The notes beneath the pieces are model-generated. The model was given only the letters and a program-made list of their open reading frames with translations. It had not been told where the DNA came from and did no database searches. A program made the position numbers and the translations under genes. Positions 40,901 through 55,200 of a DNA stretch of 64,000 bases are shown one piece after another. The stretch covers positions 186,001-250,000 of the forward strand of contig JBHGNT010000038.1 of NCBI GenBank assembly GCA_043228905.1, given 5' to 3'. Within the stretch, counting starts at the first letter, position 1, and each line of letters starts with the position of its first letter. The DNA comes from Azolla caroliniana. Its lineage: Eukaryota; Plantae; Polypodiophyta.

Positions 40901-43900
40901 AATTTGAGGAGTGAGTTGAGAGGAGCCCTTGAGTAAATTAAAATGGTCATACCTAGCGAGTGTGATATCGGATTTTTGTGTACAAACATGCGAATCGAAG
41001 CTAACAACGGTAGCTATGATATGGAATTAAAAAAGCAAGATTTTGAAACTCAGGTCGAGATACATGACGAAATTTCCAAATTTCAGGAGGGAGTTGACAA
41101 GAGCTAGTAGGTAAATTATAATGTTCATACCTGGTTCGTGTGATATTGGATTTTTGTGTTCAAACATTCGAATCGAAGCTAACAACGCTAGCTATGATAT
41201 GGAATTACAAAATCAAGATTTTGAAACTCCAGTCGAGAGACATGATGAAATTGCCAAATTTGACGAGTGACGTTGGAAGAGCGCGTGAGTGAATTAAAAT
41301 GTTCATACCTGGCTCGTGTGATATCGGATTTTTGTGTTCAAACATGGAAATCGAAGCTAACAACGCTAGCTATGATATGGAATTAAAAAATCAATATTTT
41401 GAAAATCAGGTCGAGAGGCATGACGAAATTAGCAAATTTGAGGAGTGAGTTGAGAGGAGCCCTTGAGTAAATTAAAATGTTCATACCTAGTGAGCGTGAT
41501 ATCGGATTTTTGTGTTCAAACATGCGAATCGAAGCTAACAACGCTAGCTATGATATGGAATTAAAAAATCAAGATTTTGAAACTCAGGTCGAGAGACATG
41601 ACGAAATTAGCAACCTTGACGAGGGAGTTGAGAGGAGCCCTTAAGTAAATAAAAATGTTCATACCTAGCTCGTGTGATATCGGATTTTTGTGTTCAAACA
41701 TGCGAATCGAAGCTAACAACGCTAGCTGTGATTTGGAATTAAAAAATCAAGATTTTGAAACTCAGGTCGAGAGACATGACGAAATTAGCAAATTTGAGGA
41801 GTGAGTTGAGAGGAGCCCTTGAGTAAATTAAAATGGTCATACCTAGCGAGTGTGATATCGGATTTTTGTGTACAAACATGCGAATCGAAGCTAACAACGC
41901 TAGCTATGATATGGAATTAAAAAATCAAGATTTTGAAACTCAGGTCGAGATACATGACGAAATTTCCAAATTTCAGGAGGGAGTTGACAAGAGCTAGTAG
42001 GTAAATTATAATGTTCATACCTGGTTCGTGTGATATTGGATTTTTGTGTTCAAACATTCGAATCGAAGCTAACAACGCTAGCTATGATATGGAATTACAA
42101 AATCAAGATTTTGAAACTCCAGTCGAGAGACATGATAAAATTACCAAATTTGAGGAGTGACGTTGGAAGAGCGCGTGAGTGAATTAAAATGTTCATACCT
42201 GGCTCGTGTGATATCGGATTTTTGTGTTCAAACATGCGAATCGAAGCTAAAAACGCTAGCTATGATATGGAATTAAAAAATCAAGATTTTGCAACTCAAG
42301 TCGAGAGACATGAAGAAATTACCAAATTTGAGGAGTGAGGTTGGAAGAGCGCGTGAGTGAATTAAAATGTTCATACCTGGCTCGTGTGATATCGGATTTT
42401 TGTGTTCAAACATGCTAATCGAAGCTAACAACGCTAGCTATGATATGGAATTAAAAAATCAAGATTTTGAAACTCAGGTCCAGATACATGACGAAATTAG
42501 CAAATTTGAGGAGTGAGTTGAGAGGAGCCCTTGAGTAAATTAAAATGGTCATACCTAGCGAGTGTGATATCGGATTTTTGTGTACAAACATGCGAATCGA
42601 AGCTAACAACGCTAGCTATGATATGGAATTAAAAAATCAAGATTTTGAAACCCAGGTCGAGAGACATGACGAAATTACCAAATTTGAGGAGGGAGTTGAG
42701 AGGAGCCCTTGAGTAAATTAAAATGGTCATACCTAGCGAGTGTGATATCGCACTTTTGTGTACAAACATGTGAATCGAAGCTAACAACGCTAGCTATGAT
42801 ATGGAATTGAAAAATCAAGATTTTGAAACTCAGGTGGAGAGACATGACGAAATTAGCAAATTTGAGGAGTGAGTTGAGAGGAGCCCTTGAGTAAATTAAA
42901 ATGTTCATACCTAGCGAGTGTGATATCGCACTTTTGTGTTCAAACATTGGAATCGAAGCTAACAACGCTAGGTATGATATAGAATTAAAAAATCAAGATT
43001 TTGAAACTCAGGTCGAGAGACATGACGAAATTAGCAAATTTGAGGAGGGAGTTGAGAGGAGCCCTTGAGTAAATTAAAATGTTCATACATAGCGAGTGTG
43101 ATATCGGATTTTTGTGTACAAACATGCGAATCGAAGCTAACAACGCTAGCTATGATATGGAATTAAAAAATCAAGATTTTGAAACTCAGGTCGAGAGACA
43201 TGACGAAATTTCCAAATTTCAGGAGGGAGTTGAGAAGAGCTAGTAGGTAAATTATAATGTTCATAACTGGTTCGTGTGATATCGGATTTTTGTGTTCAAA
43301 CATTCGAATCGAAGTTAACAACGCTAGCTATGATATGGAATTACAAAATCAAGATTTTGAAACTCCAGTCGAGAGACATGATAAAATTACCAAATTTGAG
43401 GAGTGACGTTGGAAGAGCGCGTGAGTGAATTAAAATGTTCATACCTGGCTCGTGTGATATCGGATTTTTGTATTCAAACATGCGAATCGAAGCTAACAAC
43501 GCTAGCTATCATATGGAATTAAGAAATCAAGATTTTGACACTCAGGTCAAGAGACATGACGAAATTAGCAAATTTGAGGAGTGAGTTGAGAGGAGCCCTT
43601 GAGTAAATTAAAATGGTCATACCTAGCGAGTGTGATATCGGATTTTTGTGTACAAACATGCGAATCGAAGCTAACAACGCTAGCTATGATATGGAATTAA
43701 AAAATCAAGATTTTGAAACTCAGGTCGAGAGACATGACGACATTTCCAAATTTCAGGAGGGAGTAGAGAAGAGCTTGTAGGTAAATTATAATGTTCATAC
43801 CTGGTTCGTGTGATATTGGATTTTTGTGTTCAAACATTCGAATCGAAGCTAACAACGCTAGCTATGATATGGAATTACAAAATCAAGATTTTGAAACTCC

Positions 43901-46900
43901 AGTCGAGAGACATGATAAAATTACCAAATTTGAGGAGTGACGTTGGAAGAGCGCGTGAGTGAATTAAAATGTTCATACCTGGCTCGTGTGATATCGGATT
44001 TTTGTGTTCAAACATGCGAATCGAAGCTAACAACGCTAGCTATCATATGGAATTAAGAAATCAAGATTTTGACACTCAGGTCAAGAGACATGACGAAATT
44101 AGCAAATTTGAGGAGTGAGTTGAGAGGAGCCCTTGAGTAAATTAAAATGGTCATACCTAGCGAGTGTGATATCGGATTTTTGTGTACAAACATGCGAATC
44201 GAAGCTAACAACGCTAGCTATGATATGGAATTAAAAAATCAAGATTTTGAAACTCAGGTCGAGAGACATGACGACATTTCCAAATTTCAGGAGGGAGTAG
44301 AGAAGAGCTAGTAGGTAAATTATAATGTTCATACCTGGTTCGTGTGATATTGGATTTTTGTGTTCAAACATTCGAATCGAAGCTAACAACGCTAGCTATG
44401 ATATGGAATTACAAAATCAAGATTTTGAAACTCCAGTCGAGAGACATGATAAAATTAGCAAATTTGAGGAGTGACGTTGGAAGAGCGCGTGAGTGAATTA
44501 AAATGTTCATACCTGGCTCGTGTGATATCGGATTTTTGTGTTCAAACATGCGAATCGAAGCTAACAACGCTAGCTATCATATGGAATTAAGAAATCAAGA
44601 TTTTGACACTCAGGTCAAGAGACATGACGAAATTAGCAAATTTGAGGAGTGAGTTGAGAGGAGCCCTTGAGTAAATTAAAATGGTCATACCTAGCGAGTG
44701 TGATATCGGATTTTTGTGTACAAACATGCGAATCGAAGCTAACAACGCTAGCTATGATATGGAATTAAAAAATCAAGATTTTGAAACTCAGGTCGAGAGA
44801 CATGACGACATTTCCAAATTTCAGGAGGGAGTAGAGAAGAGCTAGTAGGTAAATTATAATGTTCATACCTGGTTCGTGTGATATTGGATTTTTGTGTTCA
44901 AACATTCGAATCGAAGCTAACAACGCTAGCTATGATATGGAATTACAAAATCAAGATTTTGAAACTCCAGTCGAGAGATATGATAAAATTACCAAATTTG
45001 AGGAGTGACGTTGGAAGAGCGCGTGAGTGAATTAAAATGTTCATACCTGGCTCGTGTGATATCGGATTTTTGTGTTCAAACATGCGAATCGAAGCTAACA
45101 ACGCTAGCTATCATATGGAATTAAGAAATCAAGATTTTGACACTCAGGTCGAGAGACATGACGAAATTAGCAAATTTGAGGAGTGAGTTGAGAGGATCCC
45201 TTGAGTAAATTAAAATGGTCATACCTAGCGAGTGTGATATCGGATTTTTGTGTACAAACATGCGAATCGAAGCTAACAACGGTAGCTATGATATGGAATT
45301 AAAAAATCAAGATTTTGAAACTCAGGTCGAGAGACATGACGACATTTCCAAATTTCAGGAGGGAGTAGAGAAGAGCTAGTAGGTAAATTATAATGTTCAT
45401 ACCTGGTTCGTGTGATATTGGATTTTTGTGTTCAAACATTCGAATCGAAGCTAACAACGCTAGCTATGATATGGAATTACAAAATCAAGATTTTGAAACT
45501 CCAGTTGAGAGACTTGATGAAATTGCCAAATTTGACGAGTGACGTTGGAAGAGCGCGTGAGTGAATTAAAATGTTCATACCTGGCTCGTGTGATATCGGA
45601 TTTTTGTGTTCAAACATGGAAATCGAAGCTAACAACGCTAGCTATGATATGGAATTAAAAAATCAATATTTTGAAAATCAGGTCGAGAGGCATGACGAAA
45701 TTAGCAAATTTGAGGAGTGAGTTGAGAGGAGCCCTTGAGTAAATTAAAATGTTCATACCTAGTGAGCGTGATATCGGATTTTTGTGTTCAAACATGCGAA
45801 TCGAAGCTAACAACGCTAGCTATGATATGGAATTAAAAAATCAAGATTTTGAAACTCAGGTCGAGAGACATGACGAAATTAGCAACCTTGACGAGGGAGT
45901 TGAGAGGAGCCCTTAAGTAAATAAAAATGTTCATACCTAGCTCGTGTGATATCGGATTTTTGTGTTCAAACATGCGAATCGAAGCTAACAACGCTAGCTG
46001 TGATTTGGAATTAAAAAATCAAGATTTTGAAACTCAGGTCGAGAGACATGACGAAATTAGCAAATTTGAGGAGTGAGTTGAGAGGAGCCCTTGAGTAAAT
46101 TAAAATGGTCATACCTAGCGAGTGTGATATCGGATTTTTGTGTACAAACATGCGAATCGAAGCTAACAACGCTAGCTATGATATGGAATTAAAAAATCAA
46201 GATTTTGAAACTCAGGTCGAGATACATGACGAAATTTCCAAATTTCAGGAGGGAGTTGACAAGAGCTAGTAGGTAAATTATAATGTTCATACCTGGTTCG
46301 TGTGATATTGGATTTTTGTGTTCAAACATTCGAATCGAAGCTAACAACGCTAGCTATGATATGGAATTACAAAATCAAGATTTTGAAACTCCAGTCGAGA
46401 GACATGATAAAATTACCAAATTTGAGGAGTGACGTTGGAAGAGCGCGTGAGTGAATTAAAATGTTCATACCTGGCTCGTGTGATATCGGATTTTTGTGTT
46501 CAAACATGCGAATCGAAGCTAAAAACGCTAGCTATGATATGGAATTAAAAAATCAAGATTTTGCAACTCAAGTAGAGAGACATGAAGAAATTACCAAATT
46601 TGAGGAGTGAGGTTGGAAGAGCGCGTGAGTGAATTAAAATGTTCATACCTGGCTCGTGTGATATCGGATTTTTGTGTTCAAACATGCTAATCGAAGCTAA
46701 CAACGCTAGCTATGATATGGAATTAAAAAATCAAGATTTTGAAACTCAGGTCCAGATACATGACGAAATTAGCAAATTTGAGGAGTGAGTTGAGAGGAGC
46801 CCTTGAGTAAATTAAAATGGTCATACCTAGCGAGTGTGATATCGGATTTTTGTGTACAAACATGCGAATCGAAGCTAACAACGCTAGCTATGATATGGAA

Positions 46901-47640
46901 TTAAAAAATCAAGATTTTGAAACCCAGGTCGAGAGACATGACGAAATTACCAAATTTGAGGAGGGAGTTGAGAGGAGCCCTTGAGTAAATTAAAATGGTC
47001 ATACCTAGCGAGTGTGATATCGCACTTTTGTGTACAAACATGTGAATCGAAGCTAACAACGCTAGCTATGATATGGAATTGAAAAATCAAGATTTTGAAA
47101 CTCAGGTGGAGAGACATGACGAAATTAGCAAATTTGAGGAGTGAGTTGAGAGGAGCCCTTGAGTAAATTAAAATGTTCATACCTAGCGAGTGTGATATCG
47201 CACTTTTGTGTTCAAACATTGGAATCGAAGCTAACAACGCTAGGTATGATATAGAATTAAAAAATCAAGATTTTGAAACTCAGGTCGAGAGACATGACGA
47301 AATTAGCAAATTTGAGGAGGGAGTTGAGAGGAGCCCTTGAGTAAATTAAAATGTTCATACATAGCGAGTGTGATATCGGATTTTTGTGTACAAACATGCG
47401 AATCGAAGCTAACAACGCTAGCTATGATATGGAATTAAAAAATCAAGATTTTGAAACTCAGGTCGAGAGACATGACGAAATTTCCAAATTTCAGGAGGGA
47501 GTTGAGAAGAGCTAGTAGGTAAATTATAATGTTCATAACTGGTTCGTGTGATATCGGATTTTTGTGTTCAAACATTCGAATCGAAGCTAACAACGCTAGC
47601 TATGATATGGAATTACAAAATCAAGATTTTGAAACTCCAG
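36900..47640 (+). repeat. 29-mer (5,162 bp) followed by a 24-mer (4,272 bp) HOR copy and a partial third copy
   Basis: Marker ORFs at 37513/42675/46947; GCTTGTAG at 38611/43773; GGATCC at 40032/45194. The 24-mer has one copy of a 5-mer that is present twice in the 29-mer (CATGGAAAT at 40453/41343). Confidence 0.88.
38150..40330 (+). repeat. 3-mer HOR (534 bp) x4 nested in the 29-mer; also at ~43310-45490 and ~58440-60620
   Basis: GTAGAGAAG at 38601/39135/39669/40203. Confidence 0.92.
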
Positions 47641-48100
47641 TCGAGAGACATGATGAAATTGCCAAATTTGACGAGTGACGTTGGAAGAGCGCGTGAGTGA
47701 ATTAAAATGTTCATACCTGGCTCGTGTGATATCGGATTTTTGTGTTCAAACATGGAAATCGAAGCTAACAACGCTAGCTATGATATGGAATTAAAAAATC
47801 AATATTTTGAAAATCAGGTCGAGAGGCATGACGAAATTAGCAAATTTGAGGAGTGAGTTGAGAGGAGCCCTTGAGTAAATTAAAATGTTCATACCTAGTG
47901 AGCGTGATATCGGATTTTTGTGTTCAAACATGCGAATCGAAGCTAACAACGCTAGCTATGATATGGAATTAAAAAATCAAGATTTTGAAACTCAGGTCGA
48001 GAGACATGACGAAATTAGCAACCTTGACGAGGGAGTTGAGAGGAGCCCTTAAGTAAATAAAAATGTTCATACCTAGCTCGTGTGATATCGGATTTTTGTG

Positions 48101-48120
48101 TTCAAACATATCGAAGCTAA
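48101..48120 (+). other. 4-bp deletion (GCGA) monomer, 174 bp; second copy at 62871-62890
   Basis: TTCAAACAT|ATCGAAG versus consensus TTCAAACATGCGAATCGAAG. The offset of 14770 equals 83x178-4. Confidence 0.93.
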
Positions 48121-48189
48121 CAACGCTAGATGTGATTTGGAATTAAAAAATCAAGATTTTGAAACTCAGGTCGAGAGACATGACAAAAT

Positions 48190-49270
48190 TACCAAATTTC
48201 AGGAGGGAGTTGAGAGGGGCCCTTGAGTAAATTAAAATGTTCATACCTAGCGAGCGTGATATCGGATTTTTGTGTTCAAACATGCGATTCGAAGCTAACA
48301 ACGTTAGCTATGATATGGAATTACAAAATCAAGATTTTGAAACTCAGGTCGCGAGACATGAAGAAATTACCAAATTTGAGGAGTGAGGTTGGAAGAGCGT
48401 GTGAGTGAATTAAAATGTTCATACCTGGCTCGTGTGATATCGGATTTTTGTGTTCAAACATGAGAATCGAAGCTAACAACGCTAGCTATGATATGGAATT
48501 AACAAAACAAGATTTTGAAACTCAGGTCGAGAGACATGACGAAATTAGCAAATTTGAGGTGTGAGTTGAGAGGAGCCCTTGAGTAAATTAAAATGGTCAT
48601 ACCTAGCTAGTGTGATATCGGATTTTTGTGTTCAAACATGCGAATCGAAGCTAACAATGTTAGCTATGATATGGAATTAAAAAATCAAGATTTTGAAACT
48701 CAGGTCGAGAGACATGACGAAATTTCCAAATTTCAGGAGGGAGTTGAGAGGGGCCCTTGAGTAAATTAAAATGTTCATACCTAGCGAGTGTGATATCGGA
48801 TTTTTGTGTTCAAACATGCGATTCGAAGCTAACAACGTTAGCTATGATATGGAATTACAAAATCAAGATTTTGAAACTCAGGTCGCGAGACATGAAGAAA
48901 TTACCAAATTTGAGGAGTGAGGTTGGAAGAGCGTGTGAGTGAATTAAAATGTTCATACCTGGCTCGTGTGATATCGGATTTTTGTGTTCAAACATGAGAA
49001 TCGAAGCTAACAACGCTAGCTATGATATGGAATTAACAAAACAAGATTTTGAAACTCAGGTCGAGAGACATGACGAAATTAGCAAATTTGAGGTGTGAGT
49101 TGAGAGGAGCCCTTGAGTAAATTAAAATGGTCATACCTAGCTAGTGTGATATCGGATTTTTGTGTTCAAACATGCGAATCGAAGCTAACAATGTTAGCTA
49201 TGATATGGAATTAAAAAATCAAGATTTTGAAACTCAGGTCGAGAGACATGACGAAATTTCCAAATTTTAG
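48190..49270 (+). repeat. 3-mer (534 bp) tandem duplication
   Basis: Identical ORFs at 48223/48757; GGTCGCGAGA at ~48347/48881. Confidence 0.88.
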
Positions 49271-52200
49271 GAGGGAGTTGACAAGAGCTAGTAGGTAAAT
49301 TATAATGTTCATACCTAGCTCGTGTTATATCGGATTTTTGTGTTCAAACATGCGAATCGAAGCTAACAACGCTAGCAATGATATGGAATTAAAAAATCAA
49401 GATTTTGAAACTCAGGTCGAGAGACATGACGAAATTACCAAATTTGAGGAGGGAGTTGAGAAGAGCTAGTAGGTAAATTACAATGTTCATACCTAGCGAG
49501 TGTGATATCGGATTTTTGTGTTCAAACATGCGAATCAAACCTAACAACGCTAGCTATGATATAGAATTAAAAAAGCAAGATTTCGAAACTCAGGTCGAGA
49601 GTCATGACGAAATTAGCAAATTTGAGGAGTGAGTTGAGAGGAGCCCTTGAGTAAATTAAAATGGTCATACCTAGCGAGTGTGATATCGGATTTTTGTGTA
49701 CAAACATGCGAATCTAAGCTAACAACGCTAGCTATGATATGGAATTAAAAAATCAAGATTTTGAAACTCAGGTCGAGACACATGACGAAATTAGCAAATT
49801 TGAGGAGTGAGTTGAGAGGAGCCCTTGAGTAAATTAAAATGTTCATACCTGGCTCGTGTGATATCGGATTTTTGTGTACAAACATGCGAATCGAAGCTAA
49901 CAACGCTAGCTATGATATGGAATTAAAAAATCAAGATTTTGAAACCCAGGTCGAGAGACATGACGAAATTACCAAATTTGAGGAGGGAGTTGAGAGGAGC
50001 CCTTGAGTAAATTAAAATGGTCATACCTAGCGAGTGTGATATCGGATTTTTGTGTACAAACATGCGAATCGAAGCTAACAACGCTAGCTATGATATGGAA
50101 TTAAAAAATCAAGATTTTGAAACTCAGGTCGAGAGACATGACGAAATTTCCAAATTTCAGGAGGGAGTTGACAAGAGCTAGTAGGTAAATTATAATGTTC
50201 ATACCTGGTTCGTGTGATATTGGATTTTTGTGTTCAAACATTCGAATCGAAGCTAACAACGCTAGCTATGATATGGAATTACAAAATCAAGATTTTGAAA
50301 CTCCAGTCGAGAGACATGATGAAATTGCCAAATTTGACGAGTGACGTTGGAAGAGCGCGTGAGTGAATTAAAATGTTCATACCTGGCTCGTGTGATATCG
50401 GATTTTTGTGTTCAAACATGGAAATCGAAGCTAACAACGCTAGCTATGATATGGAATTAAAAAATCAATATTTTGAAAATCAGGTCGAGAGGCATGACGA
50501 AATTAGCAAATTTGAGGAGTGAGTTGAGAGGAGCCCTTGAGTAAATTAAAATGTTCATACCTAGTGAGCGTGATATCGGATTTTTGTGTTCAAACATGCG
50601 AATCGAAGCTAACAACGCTAGCTGTGATTTGGAATTAAAAAATCAAGATTTTGAAACTCAGGTCGAGAGACATGACGAAATTAGCAAATTTGAGGAGTGA
50701 GTTGAGAGGAGCCCTTGAGTAAATTAAAATGGTCATACCTAGCGAGTGTGATATCGCACTTTTGTGTACAAACATGCGAATCGAAGCTAACAACGCTAGC
50801 TATGATATGGAATTAAAAAATCAAGAGTTTGAAACTCAGGTCGAGAGACATGACGAAATTTCCAAATTTCAGGAGGGAGTTGAGAAGAGCTAGTAGGTAA
50901 ATTATAATGTTCATACCTGGTTCGTGTGATATCAGATTTTTGTGTTCAAACATGCGAATCGAAGCTAACAACGCTAGCAATGATATGGAATTAAAAAATC
51001 AAGATTTTGAAACTCAGGTCGAGAGACATGACGAAATTACCAAATTTGAGGAGGGAGTTGAGAAGAGCTAGTAGGTAAATTACAATGTTCATACCTAGCG
51101 AGTGTGATATCGGATTTTTGTGTTCAAACATGCGATTCGAAGCTAACAACGTTAGCTATGATATGGAATTACAAAATCAAGATTTTGAAACTCAGGTCGC
51201 GAGACATGAAGAAATTACCAAATTTGAGGAGTGAGGTTGGAAGAGCGTGTGAGTGAATTAAAATGTTCATACCTGGCTCGTGTGATATCGGATTTTTGTG
51301 TTCAAACATGAGAATCGAAGCTAACAACGCTAGCTATGATATGGAATTAACAAAACAAGATTTTGAAACTCAGGTCGAGAGACATGACGAAATTAGCAAA
51401 TTTGAGGTGTGAGTTGAGAGGAGCCCTTGAGTAAATTAAAATGGTCATACCTAGCTAGTGTGATATCGGATTTTTGTGTTCAAACATGCGAATCGAAGCT
51501 AACAATGTTAGCTATGATATGGAATTAAAAAATCAAGATTTTGAAACTCAGGTCGAGAGACATGACGAAATTTCCAAATTTCAGGAGGGAGTTGACAAGA
51601 GCTAGTAGGTAAATTATAATGTTCATACCTAGCTCGTGTTATATCGGATTTTTGTGTTCAAACATGCGAATCGAAGCTAACAACGCTAGCAATGATATGG
51701 AATTAAAAAATCAAGATTTTGAAACTCAGGTCGAGAGACATGACGAAATTACCAAATTTGAGGAGGGAGTTGAGAAGAGCTAGTAGGTAAATTACAATGT
51801 TCATACCTAGCGAGTGTGATATCGGATTTTTGTGTTCAAACATGCGAATCAAACCTAACAACGCTAGCTATGATATAGAATTAAAAAAGCAAGATTTCGA
51901 AACTCAGGTCGAGAGTCATGACGAAATTAGCAAATTTGAGGAGTGAGTTGAGAGGAGCCCTTGAGTAAATTAAAATGGTCATACCTAGCGAGTGTGATAT
52001 CGGATTTTTGTGTACAAACATGCGAATCTAAGCTAACAACGCTAGCTATGATATGGAATTAAAAAATCAAGATTTTGAAACTCAGGTCGAGACACATGAC
52101 GAAATTAGCAAATTTGAGGAGTGAGTTGAGAGGAGCCCTTGAGTAAATTAAAATGTTCATACCTGGCTCGTGTGATATCGGATTTTTGTGTACAAACATG

Positions 52201-55200
52201 CGAATCGAAGCTAACAACGCTAGCTATGATATGGAATTAAAAAATCAAGATTTTGAAACCCAGGTCGAGAGACATGACGAAATTACCAAATTTGAGGAGG
52301 GAGTTGAGAGGAGCCCTTGAGTAAATTAAAATGGTCATACCTAGCGAGTGTGATATCGGATTTTTGTGTACAAACATGCGAATCGAAGCTAACAACGCTA
52401 GCTATGATATGGAATTAAAAAATCAAGATTTTGAAACTCAGGTCGAGAGACATGACGAAATTTCCAAATTTCAGGAGGGAGTTGACAAGAGCTAGTAGGT
52501 AAATTATAATGTTCATACCTGGTTCGTGTGATATTGGATTTTTGTGTTCAAACATTCGAATCGAAGCTAACAACGCTAGCTATGATATGGAATTACAAAA
52601 TCAAGATTTTGAAACTCCAGTCGAGAGACATGATGAAATTGCCAAATTTGACGAGTGACGTTGGAAGAGCGCGTGAGTGAATTAAAATGTTCATACCTGG
52701 CTCGTGTGATATCGGATTTTTGTGTTCAAACATGGAAATCGAAGCTAACAACGCTAGCTATGATATGGAATTAAAAAATCAATATTTTGAAAATCAGGTC
52801 GAGAGGCATGACGAAATTAGCAAATTTGAGGAGTGAGTTGAGAGGAGCCCTTGAGTAAATTAAAATGTTCATACCTAGTGAGCGTGATATCGGATTTTTG
52901 TGTTCAAACATGCGAATCGAAGCTAACAACGCTAGCTGTGATTTGGAATTAAAAAATCAAGATTTTGAAACTCAGGTCGAGAGACATGACGAAATTAGCA
53001 AATTTGAGGAGTGAGTTGAGAGGAGCCCTTGAGTAAATTAAAATGGTCATACCTAGCGAGTGTGATATCGCACTTTTGTGTACAAACATGCGAATCGAAG
53101 CTAACAACGCTAGCTATGATATGGAATTAAAAAATCAAGAGTTTGAAACTCAGGTCGAGAGACATGACGAAATTTCCAAATTTCAGGAGGGAGTTGAGAA
53201 GAGCTAGTAGGTAAATTATAATGTTCATACCTGGTTCGTGTGATATCGGATTTTTGTGTTCAAACATGCGAATCGAAGCTAACAACGCTAGCAATGATAT
53301 GGAATTAAAAAATCAAGATTTTGAAACTCAGGTCGAGAGACATGACGAAATTACCAAATTTGAGGAGGGAGTTGAGAAGAGCTAGTAGGTAAATTACAAT
53401 GTTCATACCTAGCGAGTGTGATATCGGATTTTTGTGTTCAAACATGCGATTCGAAGCTAACAACGTTAGCTATGATATGGAATTACAAAATCAAGATTTT
53501 GAAACTCAGGTCGCGAGACATGAAGAAATTACCAAATTTGAGGAGTGAGGTTGGAAGAGCGTGTGAGTGAATTAAAATGTTCATACCTGGCTCGTGTGAT
53601 ATCGGATTTTTGTGTTCAAACATGAGAATCGAAGCTAACAACGCTAGCTATGATATGGAATTAACAAAACAAGATTTTGAAACTCAGGTCGAGAGACATG
53701 ACGAAATTAGCAAATTTGAGGTGTGAGTTGAGAGGAGCCCTTGAGTAAATTAAAATGGTCATACCTAGCTAGTGTGATATCGGATTTTTGTGTTCAAACA
53801 TGCGAATCGAAGCTAACAATGTTAGCTATGATATGGAATTAAAAAATCAAGATTTTGAAACTCAGGTCGAGAGACATGACGAAATTTCCAAATTTCAGGA
53901 GGGAGTTGACAAGAGCTAGTAGGTAAATTATAATGTTCATACCTAGCTCGTGTTATATCGGATTTTTGTGTTCAAACATGCGAATCGAAGCTAACAACGC
54001 TAGCAATGATATGGAATTAAAAAATCAAGATTTTGAAACTCAGGTCGAGAGACATGACGAAATTACCAAATTTGAGGAGGGAGTTGAGAAGAGCTAGTAG
54101 GTAAATTACAATGTTCATACCTAGCGAGTGTGATATCGGATTTTTGTGTTCAAACATGCGAATCAAACCTAACAACGCTAGCTATGATATAGAATTAAAA
54201 AAGCAAGATTTCGAAACTCAGGTCGAGAGTCATGACGAAATTAGCAAATTTGAGGAGTGAGTTGAGAGGAGCCCTTGAGTAAATTAAAATGGTCATACCT
54301 AGCGAGTGTGATATCGGATTTTTGTGTACAAACATGCGAATCTAAGCTAACAACGCTAGCTATGATATGGAATTAAAAAATCAAGATTTTGAAACTCAGG
54401 TCGAGACACATGACGAAATTAGCAAATTTGAGGAGTGAGTTGAGAGGAGCCCTTGAGTAAATTAAAATGTTCATACCTGGCTCGTGTGATATCGGATTTT
54501 TGTGTACAAACATGCGAATCGAAGCTAACAACGCTAGCTATGATATGGAATTAAAAAATCAAGATTTTGAAACCCAGGTCGAGAGACATGACGAAATTAC
54601 CAAATTTGAGGAGGGAGTTGAGAGGAGCCCTTGAGTAAATTAAAATGGTCATACCTAGCGAGTGTGATATCGGATTTTTGTGTACAAACATGCGAATCGA
54701 AGCTAACAACGCTAGCTATGATATGGAATTAAAAAATCAAGATTTTGAAACTCAGGTCGAGAGACATGACGAAATTTCCAAATTTCAGGAGGGAGTTGAC
54801 AAGAGCTAGTAGGTAAATTATAATGTTCATACCTGGTTCGTGTGATATTGGATTTTTGTGTTCAAACATTCGAATCGAAGCTAACAACGCTAGCTATGAT
54901 ATGGAATTACAAAATCAAGATTTTGAAACTCCAGTCGAGAGACATGATGAAATTGCCAAATTTGACGAGTGACGTTGGAAGAGCGCGTGAGTGAATTAAA
55001 ATGTTCATACCTGGCTCGTGTGATATCGGATTTTTGTGTTCAAACATGGAAATCGAAGCTAACAACGCTAGCTATGATATGGAATTAAAAAATCAATATT
55101 TTGAAAATCAGGTCGAGAGGCATGACGAAATTAGCAAATTTGAGGAGTGAGTTGAGAGGAGCCCTTGAGTAAATTAAAATGTTCATACCTAGTGAGCGTG

